Part shown: one piece after another, positions 18,811 to 27,924 of the stretch | Numbering within the stretch: position 1 is the stretch's first letter | Layout: the number at the start of each line of letters is the position of its first letter | Assembly (NCBI GenBank): GCA_963664825.1 | Contig: OY761614.1 | Location: 2,816,001 to 2,880,000, forward strand | DNA length: 64,000 nucleotides | Direction: 5' to 3' | From: an uncultured Holophaga sp. | Lineage (GTDB): Bacteria; Acidobacteriota; Holophagae; Holophagales; Holophagaceae | Position numbers and translations under genes: made by a program | Notes under the pieces: generated by a model | The model's input: the letters and a program-made list of their open reading frames with translations, nothing else | The model's database searches: none | What the model was told of the DNA's origin: nothing

Positions 18811-19239
18811 CTAGTCGAAGTCCTTGCCGCCCCTGGAGCGCTTCTTCTCACTGGTGATGCGCTTGCCATCCAGCCGCCGGGTCTTGGAGCCCTTGGTGGG
18901 GCGCGTGGGGCGGCGGGGGATGGGCGGCACAATGGCTTCGGCGATGAGCTGGAGGGCCTTGGCGCGGGCATCCTCCAGGTTCTTAGCCTGGTCCCGGGTC
19001 TTCTCGCTGATGACCATCCAGCGGCCATCCCCGTCCAGCCGGTTGCGGACGGCATGGCGCAGGCGCTCCAGGGCATCCGGGGGGAGGCCCTCGATGGCTT
19101 CCATCCGGATCCGCAGCTCGATCTTGGAGGAGACCTTGTTCACGTTCTGCCCGCCCGGGCCGCCCGAACGCGAGGCCTTCACGGCGATGGCCTCCGCGGG
19201 AACCCTTACCGAAGTGCCGACCAGGATGGGCTCGGCCAT
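18811..19239 (-). CDS. arfB: Alternative ribosome rescue peptidyl-tRNA hydrolase
   Basis: RSGGPGGQNVNKVSSK; RDQAKN; basic tail RRPTRPTKGS. Confidence 0.95.
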   Translation of the reverse strand: MAEPILVGTSVRVPAEAIAVKASRSGGPGGQNVNKVSSKIELRIRMEAIEGLPPDALERLRHAVRNRLDGDGRWMVISEKTRDQAKNLEDARAKALQLIAEAIVPPIPRRPTRPTKGSKTRRLDGKRITSEKKRSRGGKDFD

Positions 19240-19547
19240 CAGGGGCGGATCTCGAAGAGCTGGCCGAAGTTGACGGCATCGAAAATCGCTCCCAGGGCCG
19301 GACTGGGGCCCTTCACTACGATGCGGCTGCCGTTAAGCTCGGCCTCCTCCCGCAGCAGGAGGAGCACGCCCAGGGCGCTGGGTTCCAGGAGGGTGACGGC
19401 GCTAAAATCCAGGAGCAGTTCCGATACGCTCCCCGCGTCCAGGAGGGCCTCGGCCTGGGCCTTGAAGCCTGCGCTCGCCTCGAAGGTGAAGCGCCCTTCG
19501 AGCCTCAGGGTGCCCCTGGCGCCTTCGATCTGGGTGGTGCAGTTCAC
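19239..19547 (-). CDS. STAS domain protein
   Basis: LEGRFTF...LLLDFSAVTLLEPSALGVLLLLRE...NFGQLFEI. Confidence 0.85.
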   Translation of the reverse strand: MNCTTQIEGARGTLRLEGRFTFEASAGFKAQAEALLDAGSVSELLLDFSAVTLLEPSALGVLLLLREEAELNGSRIVVKGPSPALGAIFDAVNFGQLFEIRP

Positions 19548-19649
19548 GGATGCCTCCCGCCTATGCGACTGCCCATCTTACGATGGGAGGCGCTCCGAGG
19601 CGCCACGAATCGGAAAGGGGACGATAATGGAGGCCCCTTCGGAGTCCCC

Positions 19650-19991
19650 ATGGCGATCACCCTTCCTTTCAGGCAAGGCCAACTGGTGGTGGTGGTCCTG
19701 CGGGAGCCCCGGGAGCGCCTCTGGGGCCGCCTCCTGGGGCTGGAGGCCGCGGGCGTCGCCCTGCGTGGCCTCGATGTGAGTCCCTGGGACGAGGTGCTGA
19801 GCATGGTGCGCCGGGGGGAGGCCGAGCAGGTTTCCCTCTCCAGCCGCTTCTATCCCATGCACCGGGTGGAGTCCCTGTACCTGGATGAGCCCAGTTCCGG
19901 TGTGCCGAGCCTCGGCGAGGTGTTCGAGGCGCGCACGGGCGTGGATCCTCTGGATTTTATGGCCGACCGGGAGGCCCAGCCTTCAGAATGA
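19650..19991 (+). CDS. Conserved hypothetical protein
   Basis: GGAG SD, GC3-rich codons; VVVLREPRERLWGRL...FYPMHRVESLYLDE. Confidence 0.7.
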   Translation: MAITLPFRQGQLVVVVLREPRERLWGRLLGLEAAGVALRGLDVSPWDEVLSMVRRGEAEQVSLSSRFYPMHRVESLYLDEPSSGVPSLGEVFEARTGVDPLDFMADREAQPSE

Positions 19992-19995
19992 AGGC

Positions 19996-20586
19996 ATGGA
20001 TAAGATCGCGCTCTTCATCTCCGGCACCGGCGGCAACGCCCTGAATATCCTCCGAGCCTGCCGGGAGGGGCGGGTGCCAGCCGAAGTCGTGCTGGGGATC
20101 AGCAGCCATCCCAAGGCCCTCGGGATCCAGCGGCTCCAGGCCGAGGGCCTGCCCGTGCGCGTCTTTACGCGAAAGGAATTCAAGGATGACGCGGCCTATT
20201 CCGAGGCCTGCCTGGGTGCGGCGGAGGCCAGCGGGGCCACGGTGGTATGCCTCTGTGGCTGGCTGAAGAAACTCCGGGTGCCTAAGGCCTGGGAGGGGCG
20301 CATCCTCAATATCCATCCGGGCCTGTTGCCTGCATTCGGAGGACCGGGGATGTACGGCCACCATGTCCACGAGGCGGTGATTGCCTCCGGGGCGCGAGAA
20401 TCGGGCTGCACGATCCACCTGGTGGATAACGAATTCGATCATGGTGAGCATCTCGCCGAGGCCCGGGTCAGCGTCTTACCGGGCGATACGCCTGACGCGT
20501 TGCAGGAGCGGGTCTACGAGCAGGAGATGCGGCTCTACCCCATCGCCCTGGCGCAATACCTGGAAAGGAACGCCTCGAGGGGCTAG
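19996..20586 (+). CDS. purN: Phosphoribosylglycinamide formyltransferase
   Basis: ISGTGGN, ILNIHPGLLPAFGG, SGCTIHLVD..DHG. Confidence 0.95.
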   Translation: MDKIALFISGTGGNALNILRACREGRVPAEVVLGISSHPKALGIQRLQAEGLPVRVFTRKEFKDDAAYSEACLGAAEASGATVVCLCGWLKKLRVPKAWEGRILNIHPGLLPAFGGPGMYGHHVHEAVIASGARESGCTIHLVDNEFDHGEHLAEARVSVLPGDTPDALQERVYEQEMRLYPIALAQYLERNASRG

Positions 20587-20649
20587 CCTAGTTGGCGGCG
20601 CGGTGCTGACCGGCGCCCACTGGATACGATTCCATCGCGGGGAGTTGCC

Positions 20650-21609
20650 ATGACTAAGTTGCGCGTTGCTGTCTCGGGAGTCGGAAGCCTGGGCCAGCAC
20701 CATGCCCGGATCGCTGCGGCCTCGGAGCGCACGGAGCTGGTGGCCGTGGTCGATCCCAGCGAGGCCCGGGGCAGGGAGATCGCTGCGAAGTTCGGCACCT
20801 CCTGGGTGGCTTCCCTGGCGGAAGTCCTGCCGAGGGTCGACGCCGTGCAGATCGCCGCCCCCACGGGCTTCCATCATGCCCTCGGGCTTCAGGTCCTGGA
20901 GGCTGGCAAGCACCTGCTCATGGAGAAGCCCCTGGCGGCCTCCCTTTCTGAGGGCGAGGCCATGCTGAAGGCCCTGGCCCAGGCCCGGGTGGCTCATCCC
21001 GGGCTGGTGAGCGCCGTGGGGCATCTGGAGCGTTTCAATCCGGCGGTGCAGGCCCTGCGGAAGCTGGCCTTCAAGCCTCGCTTTGCGGAAGCCACCCGCG
21101 TTTCGCCCTTCCCCATGCGCAGCATGGAAGTGGACGTGATCATGGATGTGATGATCCACGATCTGGATCTGCTGCTGGCCCTGTGGGGCAAACCCGTGGT
21201 CAGCGTGGAAGCCGTGGGCGTGCCAGTGCTCACCAAATACGCCGACGTGGTCAACGCCCGTCTGAAGTTCGAGGGGGGCGGCTTCGCCACGGTGACGGCC
21301 AGCCGGGTGGCTCGCAAGAAGGAGCGCACCCTGCGCGTCTTCGGCGAGAACGCGTACGCCAGTCTCGATTTCGCGGCCCAGAAGTTGGAGGTCCTGCGCC
21401 TCGTGGCGGGGTCCGGGGGGCCGCAGGTGGTGCCCGAAGTGGTCGATATCGTCGAAGGGGAACCGCTGAAGCTGGAACTGGAATCCTTCTATGCGGCCTG
21501 TCAGGGCGAAGGGGGGCGCACGGTGCCCTGGGCCGATGCCTTCGAGGCCATGCGCGTGGCCGATCAGATTCAGAAGGCCGTGGCCAAGAGTCTCGAGGAA
21601 CTACTCTAG
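20650..21609 (+). CDS. Gfo/Idh/MocA oxidoreductase (possibly GnnA-like)
   Basis: GVGSLG, MEKP, GHLERFNPA, DVMIHDLD. Confidence 0.9.
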   Translation: MTKLRVAVSGVGSLGQHHARIAAASERTELVAVVDPSEARGREIAAKFGTSWVASLAEVLPRVDAVQIAAPTGFHHALGLQVLEAGKHLLMEKPLAASLSEGEAMLKALAQARVAHPGLVSAVGHLERFNPAVQALRKLAFKPRFAEATRVSPFPMRSMEVDVIMDVMIHDLDLLLALWGKPVVSVEAVGVPVLTKYADVVNARLKFEGGGFATVTASRVARKKERTLRVFGENAYASLDFAAQKLEVLRLVAGSGGPQVVPEVVDIVEGEPLKLELESFYAACQGEGGRTVPWADAFEAMRVADQIQKAVAKSLEELL

Positions 21610-21617
21610 GCCTGAAG

Positions 21618-22577
21618 ATGCCCTTCTTCGATCTGGCTTCCCTCACCAAGCCCCTGGTGACCGCGCCCCTGGTGCTCCAGCACCTGGACCTGGATGCCGA
21701 TAGGCGGCATCAGCTCGGTTTCGAGGAACGCACCGATCCCCTGACTGTCCGACAGCTGCTGTCCCATTCCTCGGGGCTTCCCGCCTGGCTGCCCTATACG
21801 GGTGAACCCCTGGCCGAACAGCTGCGCCGGGGAATGCCCGAGGGCCATCCCCTCTTCCGGGAGGGGCGGCAGGGCCTGGCCGTCTACTCGGACCTGGGCT
21901 ACCGGCTCCTGGCCGAACTCCTCGAACGCGAAACCGGGCGGGCCTTCCCGGAACTGGGCCTGGAGGCTACGGGTCTTGTGCCCGCGCCCTGGGAAGATTC
22001 GGTCGAGGCCATTCCCGATGGCCCGGACGCCGCGGCCTGGACCCTGGCCGAACCCCAGTGCCCCCTTCCTTCCCGGGCGGCCAATCTCCCCCACGACGCC
22101 AATGCCCGTGCGGGCATGAGGGGACATGCGGGGTTCGGCTGCACGCCCGTCCAGATGAAGACCTGGCTGCGGGCCTGGGCGGGTTCCCGCACCCCGGCCC
22201 GCATGGCCGTGGAGACGGCGCGCGCCGCGGATGGAACGGTCTGGGGCCTCGGATTGCAGCGGGTCTTCGACGGGGCCTGGCACTTCGGACAGTTGCTTTC
22301 CAGGATCCCCCTGGGGATCCAGGGCGTCCACGTGTTGAGCTCCACGGCAACCGATCTGCCTCTTCCGCTGCCGGTGCCCAAGCCCGGAGCGGGCAAGCCC
22401 ACGGCCTTCTGGATGCACTTCGGCTACACGGGACCGGCCCTCTTCATCCGTCCGGAGGATGGCCTCTGCCTCTGCCTGCTCCTGCATCGCCGCGGCCCCG
22501 AGGGTGAAATCCTCGATCTAGATACCCTGCGCGCCCGTCGCTGGCGGATGCTGGAGGCCTTCCTGGCGCAGTTCTGA
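21618..22577 (+). CDS. Serine hydrolase, beta-lactamase/esterase family
   Basis: DLASLTK (SxxK), LLSHSSGLP, YSDLGY, GHAG, HFGYTG. Confidence 0.85.
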   Translation: MPFFDLASLTKPLVTAPLVLQHLDLDADRRHQLGFEERTDPLTVRQLLSHSSGLPAWLPYTGEPLAEQLRRGMPEGHPLFREGRQGLAVYSDLGYRLLAELLERETGRAFPELGLEATGLVPAPWEDSVEAIPDGPDAAAWTLAEPQCPLPSRAANLPHDANARAGMRGHAGFGCTPVQMKTWLRAWAGSRTPARMAVETARAADGTVWGLGLQRVFDGAWHFGQLLSRIPLGIQGVHVLSSTATDLPLPLPVPKPGAGKPTAFWMHFGYTGPALFIRPEDGLCLCLLLHRRGPEGEILDLDTLRARRWRMLEAFLAQF

Positions 22578-23294
22578 AACAGCTTCCCCCTCTGGATGGG
22601 CCCAGGCCCGGGTCATGCGCCGCAGGGGAGGATGGGCCATCCGCGCAGCGGCCAGGAGCCGTTCCTCGGGTGAGAGGGCCTTGATCCAGGGCGCTGCGTG
22701 GCCCAGCACCAGCGGGCAATCCGGGCCACGGAAGGTCTGGTCCATGGCCCACAGCACCTGATGGGCGACGGGGATGACCTCCCGCCAGCGGGATTGCACC
22801 AGGGCCTCCACATGCTCGGGCAGGAGGGGCGGTTGGATGAAGGCCACCAGGGCCTCCATCCCCAGCTTGGGATGCTGCAGGAAACTTTCGATCACGCGCC
22901 TATCCCGCAGGCGCCAGATGTGCGACCAGAATTGCGGAGGGGCGTGGAGCGCGAAGGAGCGCCGCTCACCGGTGGTGATGGCGCTCCAGAGTGATTGGAG
23001 GCGCTCGATGGCCATGGCGCGGGCCTGGGGGTGGGCGGCGGCGTCTCCGGCGATCTCGCTCAGGGCCCTCCAGGGCAGGCGGGGCAGGAGGCTCATTCGG
23101 AGAGAGGCGGGCGTCTTGCGATGTTGGGCGATCCAGCGCAGGAGGGGAGGGCGCCTCTGCACCTCCGGGAGTTCGGCGGCGGCCTCGAGCCAGCCCCTGG
23201 GAGGGGAGGGATGCCTCAGCAGCCTCAGGAACTGAGGCCAGGGCAGCTGGGGGGGGAGGGGCCATTCCACAGGCCCATTGTGGCCCAGGGCCAT
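22518..23294 (-). CDS. Hypothetical helical-repeat protein
   Basis: Open 258-aa frame with host-like codon bias; repeats like AQHRKTP and LQHPKL; start uncertain. Confidence 0.6.
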   Translation of the reverse strand: MALGHNGPVEWPLPPQLPWPQFLRLLRHPSPPRGWLEAAAELPEVQRRPPLLRWIAQHRKTPASLRMSLLPRLPWRALSEIAGDAAAHPQARAMAIERLQSLWSAITTGERRSFALHAPPQFWSHIWRLRDRRVIESFLQHPKLGMEALVAFIQPPLLPEHVEALVQSRWREVIPVAHQVLWAMDQTFRGPDCPLVLGHAAPWIKALSPEERLLAAARMAHPPLRRMTRAWAHPEGEAVSELRQEGLQHPPATGAQGI

Positions 23295-23355
23295 GGGCCC
23301 TTCCTCCTTTTGTTTGAGGACCGGTGAGAACCCGCACTGGTGTCACACTCGTTCC

Positions 23356-23988
23356 ATGGCCATTGAATTCACCATCCTGGGGCGGGGCCGCGCGGGGCGC
23401 GCCCTGGCGGCGGCCTGGGGCGACCGTGTGGCGCTGACATCCCACGAGGGCTCTCCAGGAGGCTGGGTGCTGCTGGCCGTGCCCGACGCCGCCGTGGAAG
23501 ACCTCGCCTCGAAATTCCAGGGCCGCTGCGTTCACCTGAGCGGCAGCCTTCATCTGGAGGGGGTGCCCTGCGCCCACCCTCTCACTAGCTTCGATGGGGA
23601 GGCCCGGGATTGGCGGGGCACACCCCTGGCCGTGACAGGGGAACTGCCCCTGGGGATCCGCACGGCCTTCGAGGCCCTCGGTTTTATGCCCTTCGTCTTG
23701 CCGGCGCACCTGAAGCCTCTCTACCACGCATGCGCCGTGCTCAGTTCGGGCCATGCCGCCAGTCTCTGGGTCGGCGCCGCCAGGCTTTTGGAGGAGGCGG
23801 GTGTGGCCTTGCCGGGCCGGGGGTTTCTGCCCCTGGCGGAAGCGACCCTCCGCAATGTGGCCGAGAAGGGCGCCGAGGGACGCACAGGCCCCTTCGGGAG
23901 GAAGGACGAGGCCACCATCGGGCGGGACGCGGAGGCTCTGCCTGCCGAATGGCGGGAGATTTTCCTGCGCCTGGGGAGAATGATTTGA
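23356..23988 (+). CDS. Rossmann-like / DUF2520 domain protein
   Basis: GRGRAG, LAVPD, HLSGS, HPL, YHACAV, TGP. Confidence 0.85.
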   Translation: MAIEFTILGRGRAGRALAAAWGDRVALTSHEGSPGGWVLLAVPDAAVEDLASKFQGRCVHLSGSLHLEGVPCAHPLTSFDGEARDWRGTPLAVTGELPLGIRTAFEALGFMPFVLPAHLKPLYHACAVLSSGHAASLWVGAARLLEEAGVALPGRGFLPLAEATLRNVAEKGAEGRTGPFGRKDEATIGRDAEALPAEWREIFLRLGRMI

Positions 23989-24170
23989 ATCCACTGGATT
24001 GGGATTTGGGGAATATCCCTCCGGGCATCGCCTGGGGCGGCGTCGATGGGGGGTCCCGCTCCGCGATCCAGGGCCGAAGGGCCTGGGAGTGGGAGGACGG
24101 CCCGGTGGGCCGTCCGTTCGCGGGCCGCCCAGTGCTTCATCCCGCCGCCCCTGCCTGGAGGCTGAATTGA
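23985..24170 (+). CDS. Possible 61-aa leader ORF starting with the duplicated RnhB N-terminus
   Basis: GGGGAG SD; TTG overlaps the upstream stop (TTGA); its stop overlaps the rnhB TTG. Confidence 0.35.
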   Translation: MNPLDWDLGNIPPGIAWGGVDGGSRSAIQGRRAWEWEDGPVGRPFAGRPVLHPAAPAWRLN

Positions 24171-24230
24171 ATCCATTGGATTGGGATTTAGGAAATATCC
24201 CACCGGGCATCGCCTGGGGCGGCGTCGATG
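23985..24230 (+). repeat. Direct repeat of the rnhB first 64 nt (23985-24048 and 24167-24230) flanking a structured insert
   Basis: 60/64 identical; all four differences synonymous. Confidence 0.95.
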
Positions 24231-24973
24231 AAGCCGGCCGGGGCGCCTGGGCGGGGCCGGTGGTGGCCGCCTGTGCGGTGCTGGATCCGGCTTCGGTCCA
24301 GCGCTGGAGTCACGTGCTGCGCGGCGCCAGGGATAGCAAGAAGCTCAGCCCCGAGCGCCGGGAGGCTCTCGCCTCCGAACTCAGGGTCGTGCTCCCGGCC
24401 TGGTCCGTGGCCGTCATCGATAACCTCGCCATCGACCGGGAAAATATCCTCCAGGCCACTCTCCAGGCCATGCGACAGGCTGTGTCCAGTCTGGAGGTCC
24501 GGCCCAGGATCCTCTTCGTGGACGGGGATCGCGCCCCCCGCACGGGGCTGCCGGAGCGATTGTTGGTGGAGGGCGATGCCCTCAGCTGCGCGGTGGCCTG
24601 TGCCTCTATTTTGGCCAAGACCCACCGGGACGCGCTCATGCGGGAGCTCGATGCCCAGTATCCCGACTATGGCTTCGCCAAGCACAAGGGATACGGTACG
24701 CCGGAGCACAGCCGGGCCCTGAAGGCCCTGGGAGCCTGTGCCGTGCATCGCATCACCTACGGGCCCGTGGCCGCCCTCCTGCGCCCGGATCCCGCCCTGA
24801 GGGAGGCCCTGATGGCCTCCCTGGAGGCCTGCTCGGATATCCCCGGGATGCAATCCTGGGTGGAGACGGCGCTGAAGCCTGCCTATGGGCGCCTTTCGGC
24901 GGCCTGGGTGGAGGCCCTGCGGGATCGTTACGCCGAAAGGCTCGCCGGATTTGCCGTCGCGGGAAACGCATGA
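24167..24973 (+). CDS. rnhB: Ribonuclease HII with C-terminal extension
   Basis: GVDEAGRGAWAGPV, RDSKKL, VDG, ASILAK, YGFAKHKGYGT; GGAGG SD before TTG. Confidence 0.95.
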   Translation: MNPLDWDLGNIPPGIAWGGVDEAGRGAWAGPVVAACAVLDPASVQRWSHVLRGARDSKKLSPERREALASELRVVLPAWSVAVIDNLAIDRENILQATLQAMRQAVSSLEVRPRILFVDGDRAPRTGLPERLLVEGDALSCAVACASILAKTHRDALMRELDAQYPDYGFAKHKGYGTPEHSRALKALGACAVHRITYGPVAALLRPDPALREALMASLEACSDIPGMQSWVETALKPAYGRLSAAWVEALRDRYAERLAGFAVAGNA

Positions 24974-25386
24974 TCCGCATCGAGGCCTCGATCGCGCTGA
25001 TTGGTAGGGAGGGGCGCTGGTTCCTGCAGCGCCGGGATTCGGCTTCCAAGGTGTTGCCCGGGCTCTGGGAATTCCCGGGGGGCAAGCTCGAGTTGGACGA
25101 GGATCCCCCCTCGGCCCTGAGGCGGGAACTCCGGGAAGAGCTGGGCTGGGAGCCCTCTCGAATCCAACCCCTTCCGGTATTCTCGGATGTGAACCTGGAG
25201 CGGGAACTGCGGCTCCATCCCTTCGTCTGCGAGGGGCCGGGCAGGCTCGGCACAGATCTCGCCTGGGGCTGGTTCACCCTTCCCGAGGCGAGGCGACTGC
25301 CCCTTCCCCCGGCCAGCAGGGCCCTGCTGGATATCTCAAGCCTCCCCGTCCCCCAGGGCCGAATGGATCTGCTTGGCAAGTTCTGA
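24970..25386 (+). CDS. NUDIX hydrolase, MutT-like
   Basis: WEFPGGKLELDEDPPSALRRELREELG. Confidence 0.9.
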   Translation: MIRIEASIALIGREGRWFLQRRDSASKVLPGLWEFPGGKLELDEDPPSALRRELREELGWEPSRIQPLPVFSDVNLERELRLHPFVCEGPGRLGTDLAWGWFTLPEARRLPLPPASRALLDISSLPVPQGRMDLLGKF

Positions 25387-27816
25387 AACTTTGAAGGGCT
25401 TCTGCAGGAAGCCCTGGGCCCCCTGGTCCAGGACGTACTGGGCCTCTCCCTCGAGGGCGAAGCCTGTGGCGACCAGGACCTTCACGGCCGGGTTGATCCC
25501 CTTCATGGCCAGGAAGGTGTCCTTCCCGGAGAGCTTCGGCATGATCATGTCGAGAATGACCAGATCCAATTCCCACCAGTGCTCCCGGTAGAAGGCCAGG
25601 GCCTCCTCTCCGTCGGGGCAGTGATGGGCTGAAAAACCCATCCTCCGGAGCATTTCCAGGAGCACTTCGGCGACCATCGGTTCGTCCTCCGCCACCAACA
25701 GGCGGGCGCTGGGGATGGCGGGAAGGAGGAGGTCGTTATCCTCGACGGGCTCCTTGCTTCGGGAGCTCAGGGGCAGGTAGATCTCGAAGCGGGTCCCCCG
25801 ACCAAGTTCGCTGGTCACCTGGATGGCCCCCCTGTGCTGCTTGATGGTCCCGTACACCGAGGCGAGTCCGAGTCCCGTGCCCTGGCCCAAGGCCTTGGTG
25901 GTGAAGAAGGGCTCGAAGATGTGCTGGCGGGTCTCCTCGTCCATGCCAGAACCGTTGTCCTGGATGCTCAGGAAAAGGAAGGTGCCGGGTGCCAAATCGA
26001 GGAGCGCGTGGGCCTCCAGGACCCGGAGCTCCGTGCAAAAACTGAGAATTCCCCCCTGGGGCATGGCGTCCCGGGCATTGAGGGCCAAATTCATCAGGGC
26101 GTTCTCCAGCATGGCGGGATCCCCCAGCAGGGTGGAGGAGGCCGCGTTCAGCTGAAGGCGGATCTCGATGCGCTTATCGAAGCTGTGGCCCACCAGGTCG
26201 GCCACTTCCCCCAGGAGTTCGTGGAGGTCCACGGGGACCGAGAGGTACTTGCCCTTCCGGGCGAAGGCTAGGAGCTGCCGAGTCAGATCCGCAGACCGGG
26301 AACAGGCCTTGGAAATCGTGTCTGCATAGTCCCGGAGGCGGGGGTCCTCGAGCTGGAGGCTGAGGAGTTCCGCGCAACCCAGGATGGCGGCGAGCTGGTT
26401 ATTGAAGTCATGGGCCACCCCGCCCGCAAGCTGTCCGATGGCCTCCAGTTTCTCCCCTTGGCGGAGGCGCTCCTGGAGCTCCTCCCGCTCGGCTTCAGCC
26501 TTTCGCAGTTCGGCGATATTTCGAACCGAAGAAACCACCCGTTGATGGCCCCCGATCATGCAAGCCCGGAGCGTCACCTCCCCGAGGAACATTGCTCCGT
26601 CGCTGCGGCGGCACTGCCATTCGAAGATTTGCGGTCCCTCCTCGAGAGCCCGACGCACGTGGGCCATGGCTTCAACCTGAGAATAGGGAGCCGTCGCCGA
26701 ACTCAGGTCCCCCAGGGAGAGCTTCAATGCGGTGTCGCGCTGGTAGTCGTACATGGCGCACATGGTCTGGTTCACATCCAGGATCTGCCCGCCCGGGTCC
26801 AGGATGAAAAGAGCGTCGCTGGTGGTATTGAAAATATCGCGGTAGTCCTGCTCCCGCTCCGCCAGGGAGGCCTCAGCCTTCTTTCGTTCCGCCAGTTCCC
26901 GGAGGAGAGCCAGGGTCCGCTTGCGCACCTGGCCCCGGAGGGACCAGGACCAGGCGATCACTCCGAGGAGTAGCGTGCCGATGGGCACCAGGATCACCAG
27001 GGCGCGCCTCATTACCTGGCGGAACGTGAGTTCCTGCGCCTCGATCACCGCGAAGTGCCGGTCATAGATCTCGCGGAACCGGCCGGATTCCTTGAATACG
27101 AAGATGGCCTCGTTGAGCTTGCCCAGGGTCTCTTCCTCTCCCTTGTGCAGAGCGAAACAGTATTTCAGCGTCGGGAAGTTCACATCGAGGCGTTGGAGGT
27201 TCTGGATCCTGTCCCGGTGGAGGATGTAGAGGGCGACGCCCTTATTGAGGAGCGCGCAATCGCCCTTGCCGGAGGCCAGCTCCCGGAGGGCATCCTCCGG
27301 CGTGGGGAGGCCCACCACGGGGTATTGCATGGAAACGAGGTGATCGAAGTAGGTATCGCCCTTCTGGGCCAGGATGATCCGGTGGGCCAGATCGGCTTCC
27401 GAATGGAGGCTGGGCCCACCCTTGCGGATGAAGAGGCTCCAGCTGATCTGGGTGAGAGGTACCGAAAAGAGGTAGCGCCCGGCGCGTTCCTCGGTGAAGG
27501 CCCATCCGGAGAGCATATCGATGCGCCCGGATTCGAAGTCCTCGCGGACCTTCTTGAAGGGGCCCGTGCGTATTTCGATGGGCAGCCCAACTTCCTGGGC
27601 GAGCGCCTGGATCAGCTCGACGTTGAAACCGGCGGGGCGCCCCTGGATGTCCTGGTACTCGTACGGGGGATAGTCGGCATCACAGCCCACGATCAGGGGC
27701 CGGGGTGGCTCTGCCTGCAAGGGCAACAGGCCGATCAGGGCACAGAACACGGCCTCCAGCAGGCGGGCGAAGGCGCTTTTCCCCTCTGCGCGTGCCGGGT
27801 GATGGATGAGGCTCAT
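25336..27816 (-). CDS. Hybrid sensor kinase (amino-acid-binding SBP, PAS, HisKA, HATPase, REC)
   Basis: DYPPYE SBP motif; GGVAHDFNN; NARDAMP; FFTTK..GTGLGL; DMIMPK receiver. Confidence 0.93.
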   Translation of the reverse strand: MSLIHHPARAEGKSAFARLLEAVFCALIGLLPLQAEPPRPLIVGCDADYPPYEYQDIQGRPAGFNVELIQALAQEVGLPIEIRTGPFKKVREDFESGRIDMLSGWAFTEERAGRYLFSVPLTQISWSLFIRKGGPSLHSEADLAHRIILAQKGDTYFDHLVSMQYPVVGLPTPEDALRELASGKGDCALLNKGVALYILHRDRIQNLQRLDVNFPTLKYCFALHKGEEETLGKLNEAIFVFKESGRFREIYDRHFAVIEAQELTFRQVMRRALVILVPIGTLLLGVIAWSWSLRGQVRKRTLALLRELAERKKAEASLAEREQDYRDIFNTTSDALFILDPGGQILDVNQTMCAMYDYQRDTALKLSLGDLSSATAPYSQVEAMAHVRRALEEGPQIFEWQCRRSDGAMFLGEVTLRACMIGGHQRVVSSVRNIAELRKAEAEREELQERLRQGEKLEAIGQLAGGVAHDFNNQLAAILGCAELLSLQLEDPRLRDYADTISKACSRSADLTRQLLAFARKGKYLSVPVDLHELLGEVADLVGHSFDKRIEIRLQLNAASSTLLGDPAMLENALMNLALNARDAMPQGGILSFCTELRVLEAHALLDLAPGTFLFLSIQDNGSGMDEETRQHIFEPFFTTKALGQGTGLGLASVYGTIKQHRGAIQVTSELGRGTRFEIYLPLSSRSKEPVEDNDLLLPAIPSARLLVAEDEPMVAEVLLEMLRRMGFSAHHCPDGEEALAFYREHWWELDLVILDMIMPKLSGKDTFLAMKGINPAVKVLVATGFALEGEAQYVLDQGAQGFLQKPFKVSELAKQIHSALGDGEA

Positions 27817-27924
27817 GCTCCCTCGGGAGTGGGATGACTTCGTTGCAGGGGTGCTGGCGCGGATTGGAGATGGATATAGGCAACCATCCTAATGCACCCG
27901 GCTGGGAAATGAGCATGCCCTGTG

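Noticed and set aside
23985..24230. CRISPR or self-splicing intron reading of the rnhB repeat
   Set aside because: Only two copies of coding sequence and no cas genes; the 118-nt insert is far too short for a group I/II intron core
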